Shown here piece after piece: positions 47,901-59,559 of a DNA stretch of 64,000 nucleotides (within the stretch, counting starts at the first letter, position 1; every line of letters begins with the position of its first letter). A program made the position numbers and the translations under genes. The notes under the pieces were generated by a model, which worked only from the letters and a program-made list of their open reading frames with translations, did not search any database and was not told where the DNA came from. Where the stretch lies: contig NC_091473.1 of assembly GCF_036971445.1 (NCBI RefSeq), forward strand, positions 250,790,001 through 250,854,000, read 5' to 3'. The stretch is from Narcine bancroftii. Its lineage: Eukaryota.

Positions 47901-50900
47901 TCCACCCTGCCTAGGCCTCTCAGGTCTCCTCTCATCCTTCTTCAGTCCAAAGAGATCTTGTTGAATTTCTTGTAAATTAAATTTGTTGTCAATCTTTTAG
48001 GAGTTAGTTCCCTTTACATTTTCTTGGTTTGAGTTGTAGGATACTTAGTTAAGGCAAAGGGAAAATTATTCCAAAATTCCAATGAGGCCAATATCCCCAA
48101 GGTACAGTGAAGCTTTTTATATTCTGTATGAAATTTGTTCTGAGCTAAACAGCCCAATCTATTTAGACACCAAACCATATTAAATAAATATTGAGAAGCA
48201 CACCTAATCCTGCCCAATTAATGTGATTCACCTCATTCACATCTCACCAAAATGATTGGGTGTCCTTCATCGAAAAAAGATCTACTGTCTTGGGAAACGG
48301 CCCAGGAGGTTCACCAGGTTGATTCCAGAAATGAAGATGTTATCTATGAGGAGAGATTGAGTCGCCTGAGACTATATTCATTGCAGTTTAGATGGGAGGT
48401 GGGGGGCAAGGGGTTGGGGCTTCTGATAGAGGCATATATAAAAGGAGCAGGTAAGATAGAAATAGGGAAGCTTCCACTGGCTAGTGAGACTGGAACTAGG
48501 GGACAAAGCTCAAGATTTGGCAGAGTAGGTTTAAGTCAGAGATAAGGAGGAACTGCTTCTCCTAAAGAGCAGTGAATCTGTGGAATTCTGGAACTCTCTG
48601 CCTAAGGAAGTATTGGCTGCATTTAAGGCAAAGATGGAGGATTAAGGTTATGGGGAACAAGCATGGAACTGAGTGCTGACCTTAATGAATGGCCAACTCC
48701 TGCTTCTACCTCTTAACTTCTTAAGTTTTTAAATCTTTTTAAAATGTAAATTTAAATGTTTTAAATTTAAATTTGGACATACAGAATACAGCACAGTATT
48801 TCAGCCCACGAGTCTATGGCGTCCAATTTACACCCAATTAACCTGCACCCCCAGTAGATTTTGAACGGTGGGACAAAACCAGAGTTCCCGCGAAAGTCCA
48901 TGCAGACACCAGAAGAACGTACAAACTCCTCATGGACAGTGTGGGATTCAAACTCCCAGAGCCGATCGCTAGCACTGTTAAGACATTGCCCCAACTGTGC
49001 CGTCCGTGTTGCTAACCGTCCTTGTAACGATTCTTGACCTGGCTCAACTTTGAGTGTCAGCCTTTGCGTTTAATTATTCACAGGTCTGATTGAACCTGGG
49101 GAAGGCTGCAAAGTGGAATTTAAAGAGAAGCAGGAAGTTGAAGAGCAAGGATCAGGTGAGTGGACCAAAATTCGAGCAAGAACTGGAAAATCTCAAGGGA
49201 TATTTTAATCTGTGGTGACATCTACTGAAATGAAGGGGAGATAGAACAGGAAAATAGCCATGGGAAAATGGATCTGCAAAATGAAAGTTCAGCCCAAGAT
49301 TCGTCTCCCTGTGTGTGATTGCAAGTCAACAATAAATTATTGAAATTCAAACTGGAAGGCAAACATGAAAGTAGACATGAAGTGAATTAAAGATTAGAGA
49401 ATAAATGTGCAACCCAAAACCACAGCAAAAATCTTTCACCTTCAGAGATCGCAGATGTCAGAAATGTGAATTTTCCGGTTGTCTGAGACTCACTCTTACA
49501 CTGTCTAACTAATACACCGCATTAAGAATACACTGTTCAAAAGACAAAAGACAGTGCAAAATGTAAAGTAATTTGGAAAAAAATTCCTTCATCCTTAATT
49601 AGGTAAAGTTCGCTTTAATCAAGTAATTCCCGTATCCTAGAAAAGTTCAATTCAAATTCAAACCCAGGTTGCTGGTCTAGTAACAGTGTTGCATTAGCCA
49701 CTACACGAACCATGCCACCGTCAAAATGAACCCCTCCCCCAAGTTTACATAAAGCCTTACTAATATACTTAATACAATAAAGATTAAGAATCTTACTCGG
49801 CAGGGATAGGGAGACATTTTGGGAGAGTCACCGTAGCATCCGCCAGCTCTTCATCCCGGGTGCCGCCATTTTATTCAAACACAACTTTATTCAAACAGCT
49901 GCTGAGGGCAGGGCATGACCGGGGCCCTCTACTGGCTGAATGTTGTGTGTTCCTTCAGAGAACACTTAAAAATTTAAGCTTTTATTTAAAACCTTATTTA
50001 TTTTTAAATGGTTTATTTCTTTCTTTCTTTTTTTTGCCGGTTGAGTTTCTGGTTGACTGACTGGCAGATAATGGGGACATTACTGTATCAAAACAGTTGG
50101 ATGCGAAAAGAATATTTCCATTGAGAAGTGGACCCGTATTTTTCATAACCACAAGTTATCTCAAAGCATTTGACAAAAAATTGATAATTGTTGAAATGTT
50201 ATCATAATGATAATTAAAGAAAAATGGCAACCCATATGAGAATAGCAAATGGAAATGACCACATCACTGGTGACATTGCACAACGATATTGGGCGTAACT
50301 CTGCCATTCTTCAGAATGGTGCCTTGGGGATCCTTTTTGTCCATCTGCACAAATCATACCCCAAAGCATTTCTTCTAATAGGCAGTGTAGCCTCAGCCTA
50401 GAACATGGAATGGTCACAACAGCAAATGAGGGAATTTGCCCCATCATATTTGCACCATCTCTCAACCATTACAAATTCCTAGTTCCACATCACTCCCTTT
50501 CTCTATAACCTTGTCAATCCTTATTCACCAAAATATTTATCCAATCCCCTCTTGTAGACCACAATGGAACTGATGTCCTCCACAACACCTGGCAATGCAG
50601 TCTAGATTCTAACCGCACACTGCATAACAAAGCCTTTTCTCTTCCATTTTATTTTAGTCCTTGACCATTCCACCTACAACAGCAGTCTCCCACTTTCTCC
50701 AGACCCCTCTTTATTTCATGTATTGTAATTTGATCAAATCTCCCCTCAGTCTCTCTTCTCCAAACAAACTATTCCCAGTCCCTCAAAACTATACTGAGAC
50801 CCAAATCCCACTCATAAATCTCCTCTGGATTCTCCTTGGAGCCAACCAATGAGACATTCCTATTCAGTCCTATTTTATATCCATGATAAACTCTGTGTGA

Positions 50901-53900
50901 TATCTTACAGGCATACAAAAAGGCATTTAGCAATAACCTGACCAGAACCCAAATATGAAAATAATTGTACAATTCAATTCACAGTTGATGGAAACTGAGC
51001 TAAGCAACAGTATCAGAATATAAATATATTGTGATTTAAGTTTACACATATTAATTGGCTTAAGTTTGCCTAACAATACATATCTCTGTTTAATATGAAT
51101 GGCTTTGATACAAACATTTACTGCCAGCAATGGCACACAATGGTTGAAATGTTGTCTGCAAAGACTAGTTCATAATTTTTGTGAAAATTGACACCATATA
51201 TAACCATTACCAAATAACAATTACAGAACAGAAACAGGCAATCTCGGCACCTCTAGTCTGCACTGATATGTGAGCTCCACTAGTCCCACCTACCTGCTCC
51301 CTGCCCATAGCCCTCCAATCCTCTCACATCCATGCACCCATCCAACCTTCTCTTAATTGGCAAAATTGACCCTGCTGCAGCCACCTCTTCCAGAAGGTCA
51401 TTCCACTCAGCCACCACTCTCTGAGTGAAGAAGCTCCCTCTCATGTTATTGCTAAACTTTTGCCCCCAACCCTTAACTTATGACGCCTCGTTCCAATCTC
51501 ACCTCCCCTCAAGGGGAAGAGCCTATTCACATCTACTCTATCTGTCCCCCTCATAATTTTAAATACCTCTATCAAATCCCCCCTCAACCTTCTATGCTCC
51601 AATGAATAAAGACCCAGACTGCTCAGCTTTTCCATTAATATTTAAGTGTGCACATTAAAAAGCAGTAAATTTTAGAAATTGCATATGTCAGAACTCGAAA
51701 ATAATTGTTTCCAGTTGGCCTTATGTATTGCTTTTCCCTTTATGTTTTAGACACCCAGGAGAGGGAGCCAACATTAGAGAATTCTATTCCTAAATCGAAC
51801 TCCACGGTAAGGCTGCAAACTCTGGTTCTTTTAAGTGCTACGATATCATTTAAAGGATGCTTTGCAATGGTGCTCTTTGTACACATCCATGATATCTCCG
51901 TCAACAATTTTTATGAATCTACTGCCATCAAAGTAGTAAAGCAATCTCTTGTCACTTTTCAGCGGGGGTAATCACATCTTTACATCGAACTGCAGGATAC
52001 GTTAGGTCACGTGGTCAAAAGCTGACTGACTGTTTCTTATCTTGAGAGGGTGCCTCCTGGTTCTTCAGTAGGAGGAGACAGCCTCTTAGCCCCCTCGCAA
52101 CCTTGCATGTCTCTGTAAGTGGGCCGCAGTGGCATAGCCGATGGAGCTGCTGTCTCACTCCCCCAGCTAACTCCTGGAACTGTCCATGTGGAGTCTGCAT
52201 ATACTCCCTGTGTAGCTTCCCCCAGCTGCTCTGCTCCTGCACCCCAAAGACGTTCATGTTTCTCACCATTAGAAACAATTCTGCTTTGCCGCCAGTTCCC
52301 TGGGCACAATTTGTGCACCTTGTCCTCAATCTGCTTGCTTCCTGTCCATTCACTTAACCCTTTGGACTCCTTGTCCTGTTTTTCAGGGGCTACCAACAAG
52401 CGCATATACTCTGCGTGCCTGTTTGCCAGGATTCATTTTATAACTGGCCAGCTGGTTTGCACTGGTGTTGGTAAAGCTTTACCCATGGATCCAGTCCAGA
52501 TTATATATTATGAAAGGTTAAAAATGGCCAGAGGCCAGAGTTAACCTGTCTGCGCCTGTCCGCAGAAGTTTTGACCCTTCTCGTCCTTCTGCCACTCCCC
52601 TGATTTGCTGCAACTGCTCACTTTACACTTCCACTGAGTTCATCTGTGTAAATCATAGCCACTCACGACCTGCGGTGCCTGAGTGGTGACAATCTACCTC
52701 CATTCCTCCCTCCTCTCTCTACCTGTCACCCATCCATCCTGATGCGTTAACCCTAATCCAATCAGCTCCTTAATAATTTATGTAATGTGGGAGGAATTCT
52801 CACACCAATGTCATTCCTGCTCTCAGGGGCATGAAAGCATGCGCTTGAACTTTGTCCCTACTATTTTTTTTGCCTCCGTAAATGTTGCTTGAACACAGCC
52901 CAATCCCATTTCTTCAACGTCAAGATCATTCCTCACCACTGCCTTGTATCATCCTAAATTTTATCAATTGACCATTCCTCCTTAAATAACTTCTCTTTCT
53001 CTCTCTCTCCCGCTGCAATTTTCCGACAGCAACGTTTCTACCTTCAATTTAATCTTTTCTTCCTCCACATTCTTGCACTCACACAAAAACTTGGGTAATT
53101 TCAATCCCACAATGCAATTACCCGTTTCATATTTGCCTGATCGCAGCGCCGGCGCCTGCAGACACCGGGGATTGTACTAAGGGTCAAGACCGTCAAACCC
53201 CGGTGTGATGACGTTATCTGACGCCAGCGTTGAGCTGATTTTGCTTTCACGCTTGGCACTTTAAAGGCCGATTGGCGGTTAATTCCTGGGACCACTTGCA
53301 AGCATGAAAGGAGCTTTTATTTATTGCTGCGGAACTCTTCTGTCACTGCCAGTTGCACTCTTATCCATGCTTTTAAATGTTCTTACAAGATAGAAGGAGG
53401 CCATTTCAGCCCATCAAGTTTATGCCAGCCTACAGAGTAATCCTACTGAGTCAAGTTTACAGTCACATGTATTGGGGTACAGTGAGAAAGTTTGTTTTGC
53501 AAGTGATCCAGCTACTCAACTCACGCATGGAACAGCAGTTGAATGACAATACTGAAAGCAAAGTTACAGAGAGGTCGGTTAGATTATGAATGTAAGATTT
53601 GTTCAGGAGACTGATAACGGTGGGGAAGAAAATGCAAAAGATTGCAACAACTTGCAACGTTAGTTATCTCCAGCTCACTGTCCAATGCATGTTGTAAAAA
53701 CACACAGTTCTGGAGAGACTCAGCAAGTCAAACAGTGTCCTTGATGTAGCCAAGGCAGAGATAGAGAACTGATGTTTCGGGCTTGAGCCCTTTGTCAAAG
53801 TATGAGAAAATGCTGGTGAGCGTCAAAATGAAAGAATGGAGGTGGAAGGCAGGAGATGATAGTTGGAGAAGGGAGGGAGGGGACAGCAGCACTGGGTGGA

Positions 53901-55640
53901 GAGGGGGGAGGGCTGTGTAGGTGAAGGAACTGGAAAGGTTTAACTTATGCCTAATGCAAGTTACTGCATCAGCAGTTTTTGAATTGCCCCCTGAACTTTT
54001 CCTTTAAACCAAAAACTTTGCCCTTACACGATACCCACTTCCTGCCAGCCCTCGTACAATTGTCCGTGCTTCACTAAAAAGAAATGCAAGAACACAGATA
54101 AACCCATTTTGACGTTTAAGCCATGTGGGTTAGGGATAAAGTGTTGGCCAGGTCATTGATGAGCGCTCTCCGTCTCTTTTTCAATTTAGAACCATGGGAT
54201 TCTTATGCCCATTTGAGAATGGAAGGAGTTTTCAGTTTAACACTTGTGACTTTTAGACTTTTACCCTGCCTTGAAGTTTCTCATCTGTCACAGAAGTACA
54301 CCTATTCCCCAGAATTTAGGTGCTGGGCTTTGAAGCTGGTTTTGAAGCTAATATACTTGAGGTTGCATCCAAGATATGAAAATGCTGTACTTTTATAAAT
54401 CAATGATGTACTTTTATATAAAACTAACTCTGGTTCTGCCAGTTTTGTTCTTCCTGTGAACCCAACAGTCGAGCTGGAACTATTTGTATTTTGTTTTCTG
54501 AAGAGGAATTTGTTGATTAATCCAAGTTTGAGGTTGAGTTCTCACATTACAGTAAAAAAAAACCCTGGCATCCTGCACCTGTGGGTATTTGTAGATGCCA
54601 GATAAGTGAATTTTCCGGTTGCTTGAGATAGTGTGTTGTGCGATTGGTGATCTAACGGCAAGGCGCACAAATTTTATACTCCCGTATTTTTGACTTCTCT
54701 ATTTTCCGCGATTGTCTTACTGGCTTCTTGAGGATGCTAGCTACTTAAATTCTGGATAAGAAGGGTTTTACTGTACAGTATATATCTTACAATATAGAAG
54801 GAGGTCAGTTAGCCCGTCAGCTTAACCTCATCTCTGCCATTCCCTTCATTTTCTCATCAGCCCTACCAAGATTCTTCCACCATCCTGAGGAATTTGAAAA
54901 TTTTATTTAATTTCACACATGCATTAAAAAAAATCTTATACATAAATTTCTTCTTCAAAAGTATTAAAATTAATACATAGTGATTTTTAAAAAATTCCTC
55001 CACACCCCCCCCCCAACAGCCCGATAGGAAAGAAGGAATAAAATGAAAAAAAGAAGAGAACATCTGGATAATATTTATAAAAATTTACTAAAACTATCAA
55101 ATAAAATCTAGCATATCATCCTGAGGAATTTGAGTTGGAATGTCAGGTATTCTCTGACGTTCCAAAGACATGCCAATTAAATGTACCATGTGGCATGTCT
55201 TTGGAATGTCAGAGAATACCAGAAGAAACTTATACAGTCATTGGGAAACCATACACACTGCACAGGACAGCACTAGAGGTTAAGGTCCATAGAGCTGTGA
55301 AACAACAGCATTGCTAATTCTGAGATCCAATTCCCTATTTAGAATATCTTGAAAAGTTTTTTTTTTCCCTGCTGCAAGAAATCTTCTATATTTTCATTTT
55401 GATAACTTTACTGATGAACTAACCCATTGCCTCATTCTCGGTCTTCAGTTGTCCAAAGAGAAGGAAGCAGGAGTGACTTACGCCAGCGTGATGATTCAGC
55501 CCGGTGACAACCCACAGGAAGACTCTTGCATGTATGCTAATGTGAACCCTTCCAACAGTCAGGACAAGAACAAGCCTCCAATTACTGACCCTCCAACTTC
55601 GGAACCAATAGAGTATTCTACAATTGCATTCAAAAAGTAA
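33951..55640 (+). CDS. Gene 2: CD300-like (CMRF35-like) single-IgV inhibitory receptor. join(33951-33996,39887-40222,41503-41539,46639-46739,[49084-49155],51751-51806,55449-55640), 255 or 279 aa
   Basis: All junctions are GT-AG and phase-matched (1,1,2,1,[1],0). Signal peptide, IgV, short stalk, uncharged TM, basic stop-transfer KKIRKHRNK, tail with VTYASV, MYANV and IEYSTI. Confidence 0.9.
34996..35287 (+). mobile_element. Solo LTR
   Basis: Ends TGTGGTG...CACCACA, perfect 5-bp TSD AATGT, internal GATATAAG and ATTAAA. Confidence 0.88.
35890..36330 (-). mobile_element. CR1 3' fragment
   Basis: GAATTCCACAGATTCACCACTCTCTG and TTCATAATTTTATA (antisense CR1). Confidence 0.7.
36545..36916 (-). 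mobile_element. Composite hAT element, inverted relative to the 15068 copy
   Basis: Same two units and spacer, reverse-complemented; TSD ATGTAGAT/ATGCAGAT. Confidence 0.88.
38300..39645. mobile_element. Cluster of V-SINEs (about 38300-38515 minus, 38645-38880 minus, 38960-39180 plus, 39480-39645 minus)
   Basis: Repeated V-domain core (GGGAGAAC.TGCAAACTC.TTACAGAC or its complement). Confidence 0.75.
39318..39400. repeat. Two-copy tandem duplication of about 42 bp
   Basis: AGATGGTCCCTTGCCCAAT...GCCCAGAGTGCCAAA occurs twice. Confidence 0.85.
39887..40222 (+). CDS. Gene 2 exon 2, V-type Ig domain (CD300/pIgR-like)
   Basis: Acceptor TTTTCACACTTGCAG|, donor GAAG|GTAAGA, 336 nt. VEIICKF, EKYWCKGYYRRSC, DGRITI, DRGWYWCGIE. 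Confidence 0.96.
40300..40515 (-). mobile_element. V-SINE (HE1-like)
   Basis: CCCACGCAGACACGGGGAGAACACACAGACTCCTTACAGAC core. Confidence 0.8.
41503..41539 (+). CDS. Gene 2 exon 3, short stalk (GQKLLPSDKERLR)
   Basis: TTTTTAACAG| and AG|GTAAAC; 37 nt; bridges phase 1 to phase 2 as the TM exon requires. Confidence 0.75.
41906..41954. repeat. (CT)n microsatellite
   Basis: About 24 CT units. Confidence 0.97.
43232..43648. mobile_element. Probable Tc1/mariner-type MITE
   Basis: TACCATATAT..CGTGTAATT and ATTACACAAGGAAATATAGTA form imperfect TA-flanked ends around a GC-rich core. Confidence 0.45.
44188..45375 (-). mobile_element. CR1 fragment split by a solo LTR
   Basis: Antisense CR1 ORF2 text on both sides of 44898-45128. 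Confidence 0.75.
44898..45128 (+). mobile_element. Solo LTR inserted in CR1
   Basis: TG...CA ends, 5-bp TSD ATCTC/ATCAC, CATAAA and AATAAA (45074). The CR1 sequence rejoins when it is removed. Confidence 0.7.
46432..46511. repeat. Inverted repeat/hairpin of about 80 nt
   Basis: AGTGCAGAATATAACAGGATGTTAGCAAGT pairs with ACTTGCTAACATCCCATTATATTCTGCACT (28/30). Confidence 0.9.
46639..46739 (+). CDS. Gene 2 exon 4, transmembrane (FFVILGLVFGILTMMSLGLLVLVI KKIRKHRNK)
   Basis: Pyrimidine tract then CAAG|; donor AAG|GTAAGT; 24 uncharged residues followed by a basic cluster. Confidence 0.92.
47570..47955 (-). mobile_element. CR1 3' fragment
   Basis: ACAGGCCCTTCGGCCC tail motif and antisense ORF2 end. 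Confidence 0.75.
48265..48720 (+). mobile_element. CR1 3' fragment
   Basis: YEERLSRLRLYSL; GTGAATCTGTGGAATTC. Confidence 0.75.
48775..49020 (-). mobile_element. V-SINE (HE1-like)
   Basis: AGAACGTACAAACTCCT core with matching head and tail. Confidence 0.75.
49084..49155 (+). CDS. Gene 2 candidate cytoplasmic exon (GLIEPGEGCKVEFKEKQEVEEQGS), symmetric phase 1
   Basis: TTTAATTATTCACAG| and CAG|GTGAGT; 72 nt; open in the required frame; purine-rich. Confidence 0.6.
51200..51630 (-). mobile_element. CR1 3' fragment
   Basis: LGLYSLEHRRLRGDLIEVFKIM. Confidence 0.88.
51751..51806 (+). CDS. Gene 2 cytoplasmic exon (DTQEREPTLENSIPKSNST)
   Basis: TTTTCCCTTTATGTTTTAG| and ACG|GTAAGG; 56 nt; phase 1 to 0. 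Confidence 0.85.
54898..55116 (-). mobile_element. Short L1-like 3' end insertion with 17-bp TSD
   Basis: CATCCTGAGGAATTTGA at 54881-54897 and 55117-55133; TTTATT at the left end. Confidence 0.8.
55449..55640 (+). CDS. Gene 2 terminal exon with ITIM-type motifs
   Basis: CTCGGTCTTCAG| phase 0; LSKEKEAGVTYASVMIQ...CMYANVNP...EPIEYSTIAFKK*. Confidence 0.93.
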   Translation: MSKEKEAGVTYASVMIQPGDNPQEDSCMYANVNPSNSQDKNKPPITDPPTSEPIEYSTIAFKK

Positions 55641-57004
55641 AATTGTTCTCCAGCTAATGTTGGACCCATTTTTTGCAGAACAATGTCCCTGTAAATCATA
55701 ACTTGTTCAATTTAGATAAGTATATCATTTTGCAACATTCTTCATATCGGATAAAACATAGGATGTAATCACACATTCGTTCAGAATATATCAGTGGCAT
55801 TTGTCCTTGTACTCTTTGAACTTAGTGGGGGGAGTGGGGCAGAGAGAATCTATTTCATCTGGTGAAGGAGTCCACATGAAAGGGATCATCAGGTATCACT
55901 CCTTCACACAGAATGTAGTAGAAATCAAGGAATTCTCTCTCCCAAAAGTCTGCTGAGGCATGCAAGGCTGTGGGTGGCAAAACAGGGAGGGGGGAGGAGG
56001 GGTGGAGAAATCAATGAAAAATTTCAAAACCGAAATTGACAGATATTTGGATAGATGGTTCAAGATTCAAATCAGCCACGATCCAATTAAATGACAGGAC
56101 AAACTCAAAGGCCTGAATTTACCTACCCAGCTAACCTGTGCCATTTGAGTCGACATGGCTGAAGTCCAACTAAGCTAAACAATTATTCCTTGGCACGAGT
56201 AAAAAGCCCAGTCCTTTTCTCAGAATCAGGGAGAAACGGAAGAGTAAAGGATGCTGTGTAACATTAGAACAGAGGAATAGATTGTTAATGGTTAGTCATG
56301 AATATTTCTGGGGTGTCTTATGTATTGTGGCTGTGCCATTCTGATACACTTTGCCCCAGAACGGCAAGGGAAAACATCCACAACCATAATTTATTTGTGA
56401 TTATTCACTATTTAATATTTAGTTGCTCTTCCACAAGGATATTACACAATAATGCTTCATTGCCTGCAGTCATTGGTCGAGGATTGCCCTCTTTGTATTT
56501 AATGTGAGTGATATCCTACAACTGATGTCTATTATCCATTGCTCTGTACTGAAGCTTCTCAGCTGGGAGGCCATGGTTTACCATGATGGAGCAATGAGCC
56601 TCTGTTCACCCACCCACAGGCCCAGCCCTTTGCTCTACTGCAGGGTGAGATGTTGACCAAGAAGAGGACAGCTAAGCCACTATTCCAAAAAAATACTTTT
56701 ATCATTATTGCCTTTTGGTTACAACTTGTGTTGAAGCCACACTCAGTGACTGCAGTTGTGAATGAGCGGTGCTAACAACATTAAACACTGTGGTGGGGAA
56801 TGAAATGTTGACACAATTGAAGATTGGAATTGCAGTGAGTGATTTAAAAATATTGGATCGAGTCAGAGAAACCCAGCTGGTGTGACTACAGTTCAGAATG
56901 GGTGATATAGATATCTAATTATTGATGCTGTTAACATTACTGGATAATACCCTGAGGATGAATGGCATTAACATACTTTGTAAAGACATTTAGCAAAGAA
57001 TGGT

Positions 57005-57512
57005 AAAAACACAGAAAAGCTGGAGGAAGGCGGCAGGTCTTTCAGCATTCATAAGAGGTATGGACTGGCATAGGACTTAGACCACCCGCAAAGTTAAGGA
57101 ACAACACTTCATATTTTGTCTGGGCACCTTCCAACTGGATGGCATTAACATCGACTTCTCCAGTTTCCGTTAGCATCCCCTCCCCGCACCTATCAATATG
57201 TCTCCTTTCCCTCAGCTCTGCATTCACAGAGCCATAATTCCCCTCCCCCAATTAATTCTCATCCTTCCTCTCTCCTGTCCCCCCCCCCCAATCTAACTCC
57301 TTTTGTCTGTTGGTCTTTTCTCCTCCCCCTGCCCTTTCTCTTCTTCTCCCCCAGCCTTTGAATTTTTGACTTATACCTTGAAAAAGGGCTCAGGCTCGAA
57401 ACGTCGGTTAGATATCTTTACTTCCTATGGACGCTGCGAGATCAGCCGAGCTCCTCCAGCATTTCTGCGTTTTTACAACAATCACAGCATCTACAGACTT
57501 CCATGTTTCACT
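57005..57512 (+). mobile_element. Penelope-like 3' fragment
   Basis: EQHFIFCLGTFQLDGINIDFSSF; GAAAAAGGGCTCAGGCTCGAAACGTCGG terminal motif. Confidence 0.75.
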
Positions 57513-58204
57513 CATCCCCATTGGTCCCTGCAGTTCGGAATGCACAGTGTTATCACAATTAGCTGCTGGTGAGTGGTGTTCACCCTAATGTTTGGGGGAA
57601 TGGTGTCAAACATCAGTATTCATCCTAATAAATTACCTACCCCTGCAGTATTGTGGTTGGGAATTAGTAGTGCTACAGACAGTTGGATCGGAATGCTTTT
57701 TCGCCAGTTGTTTACCACAATCAACAGTTAGTGGCATTTACATTATTGCACCGAGTTGAAAATCACTGGCGTCAACTCTATTGGTTTCTGTGGCTGGTTA
57801 GAGTGGTTACTGCAGTTGACAATGACATTATTGGTCTGGGAAATTAGTTATATAAGAGGTCTTTACACTCTTGGTTATGGTAGTGTGATGAGGTGGTGTT
57901 TCTAGAGTTGGGAATGGGTACTGTATTGTGTACAAATGTCGATTGCTTCCTATAGTTGGGAATGAATTGTGGACATCGCAGCTGAATTTGAGTAGTGTTA
58001 TCTATTGTTTACTCATGTTGATTGTGTGAGGTGATAGATTATTAGTTACTGCAGTTAATTAGGAATTATCTTAACTCTATTTGTTACTATTGTCAGAGAT
58101 AAATGGTCCTGCTATCGTTTTGAAGGAGAGATGTTCGCCTTATTGGTGACTACATTTGGAGATGCATGGTACTAGACTCTTGGTTCCTACAACTGGATTG
58201 TTTA

Positions 58205-59040
58205 ATTTCAAATTGATTATCATCCAATTGTATGAGTACAACCCGATGAAACAAAGCTCTCTTGTCTTTGGTGCAAAAAGATGCAATCACACATACAGAC
58301 ATAACACACATGCAGACTTGTGCTACACATGCAGTACTTACTACATACATAAAAACAAATGAATAAACATTCAAGTCCTGAGGCTAAGTGTGAGCAGTTC
58401 AATCATGTGTTCAACATTCTCACTGCCCATCAGAAGAAGCTGTTCCTCAGCCTGGTGGTTCTGTCTCGGACACTCCTGTTTCACTTCCCCGAGAGTAGCT
58501 AAAAGATGCTGTGTCCTCCACAATTTGTGCACCCACCAGACGGGGTGAGGGAGACCCCAGTGATCCTCTCTGCCACTCATGGTCCTGCGATTGACCTCTG
58601 ATCCATTTCTTTATAGCAGTGATACTCAACCTTTTTCTTTCACTCACATCCCACTTTAAGTAATCCTGATGCCATCGGTGCTCTGTGATTAGTAAGGGAT
58701 TGCTTAAGGTGGTGTGTGAGTGGAAAGGGAAGGTTGAGAATCACTGCTCTAGATCCAATTGTTACTAAATATTTTGCTTGAGAAAAATTATCTTTGGCCG
58801 ATTTCCTTTGGATTTCTGAAACTTTGCACATCACGAGTCAATTTGGTACGATTAAAACAGAGTTTTTCAAACCTTCTTCTTTCCACCCACATCCCACCTT
58901 AAGCAATCCCTTACTAATCACAGAGCACCGATGGCATAGGGATTACTTAAAGTGGGATGTGAGTGGAAAGAAAAAGGTTGAGAACCACTCCTTTATAGTG
59001 TCCATACCAGCTGAGATGCAACTCTCGCTGGAGCTCCTCT
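58205..59040 (-). mobile_element. Rex1/Babar 3' fragment interrupted by the hAT composite
   Basis: Antisense ORF end (AGAAGCTGTTCCTCAGCCTGGTGGTTCTG); continuous across TSD CTTTATAG. Confidence 0.6.
58617..58990 (+). mobile_element. Composite hAT element, third copy
   Basis: Perfect 8-bp TSD CTTTATAG; same unit-spacer-unit layout. Confidence 0.9.
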
Positions 59041-59559
59041 AGAACATTGACAGGATGGTGGCCGGTAGCCTTGCCCGCCTCAGTCTTCTCTGGAAATGCA
59101 GTTGTGCAACTTGCTGTAACCAAGAATATAAATGCCACAAATCAGTAAGGGTAGAATACAACAGTCCACAGCATTCATTGTCATCTGTAGGAACTAACAG
59201 TGTTAACAATTTATAATGGAATATTGTTAAAACCATTTTTAATGGAATTTATCAATGAGTGATGTTAATATATTTGGGAATGAATGGTGATATACAACTC
59301 TATTACAACTTTTGAGGGTGATCGGTGGTAACTCTGTGATTACTGCAATTGACACCGTTCATTACTACGGTATATACATCAGCAACAAAAGGGGAGACTG
59401 TATTGAATTTCCTTGAGGTTTCTCATTTTTCTGCAATTTCCTTGAAGAGGTGTGATGATGTGGCAAGGATGATGTTTCTTGGTTTGACTTTTAAAGCAAC
59501 ACTCAAAATAATTAGTGTTTGTCCCACATCAGGATGATTTCAAATAATTGAATGTTTAT

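Noticed and set aside
16863-55640. Single multi-domain pIgR gene
   Set aside because: Each IgV has its own leader, stalk and TM exon, which favours two genes.
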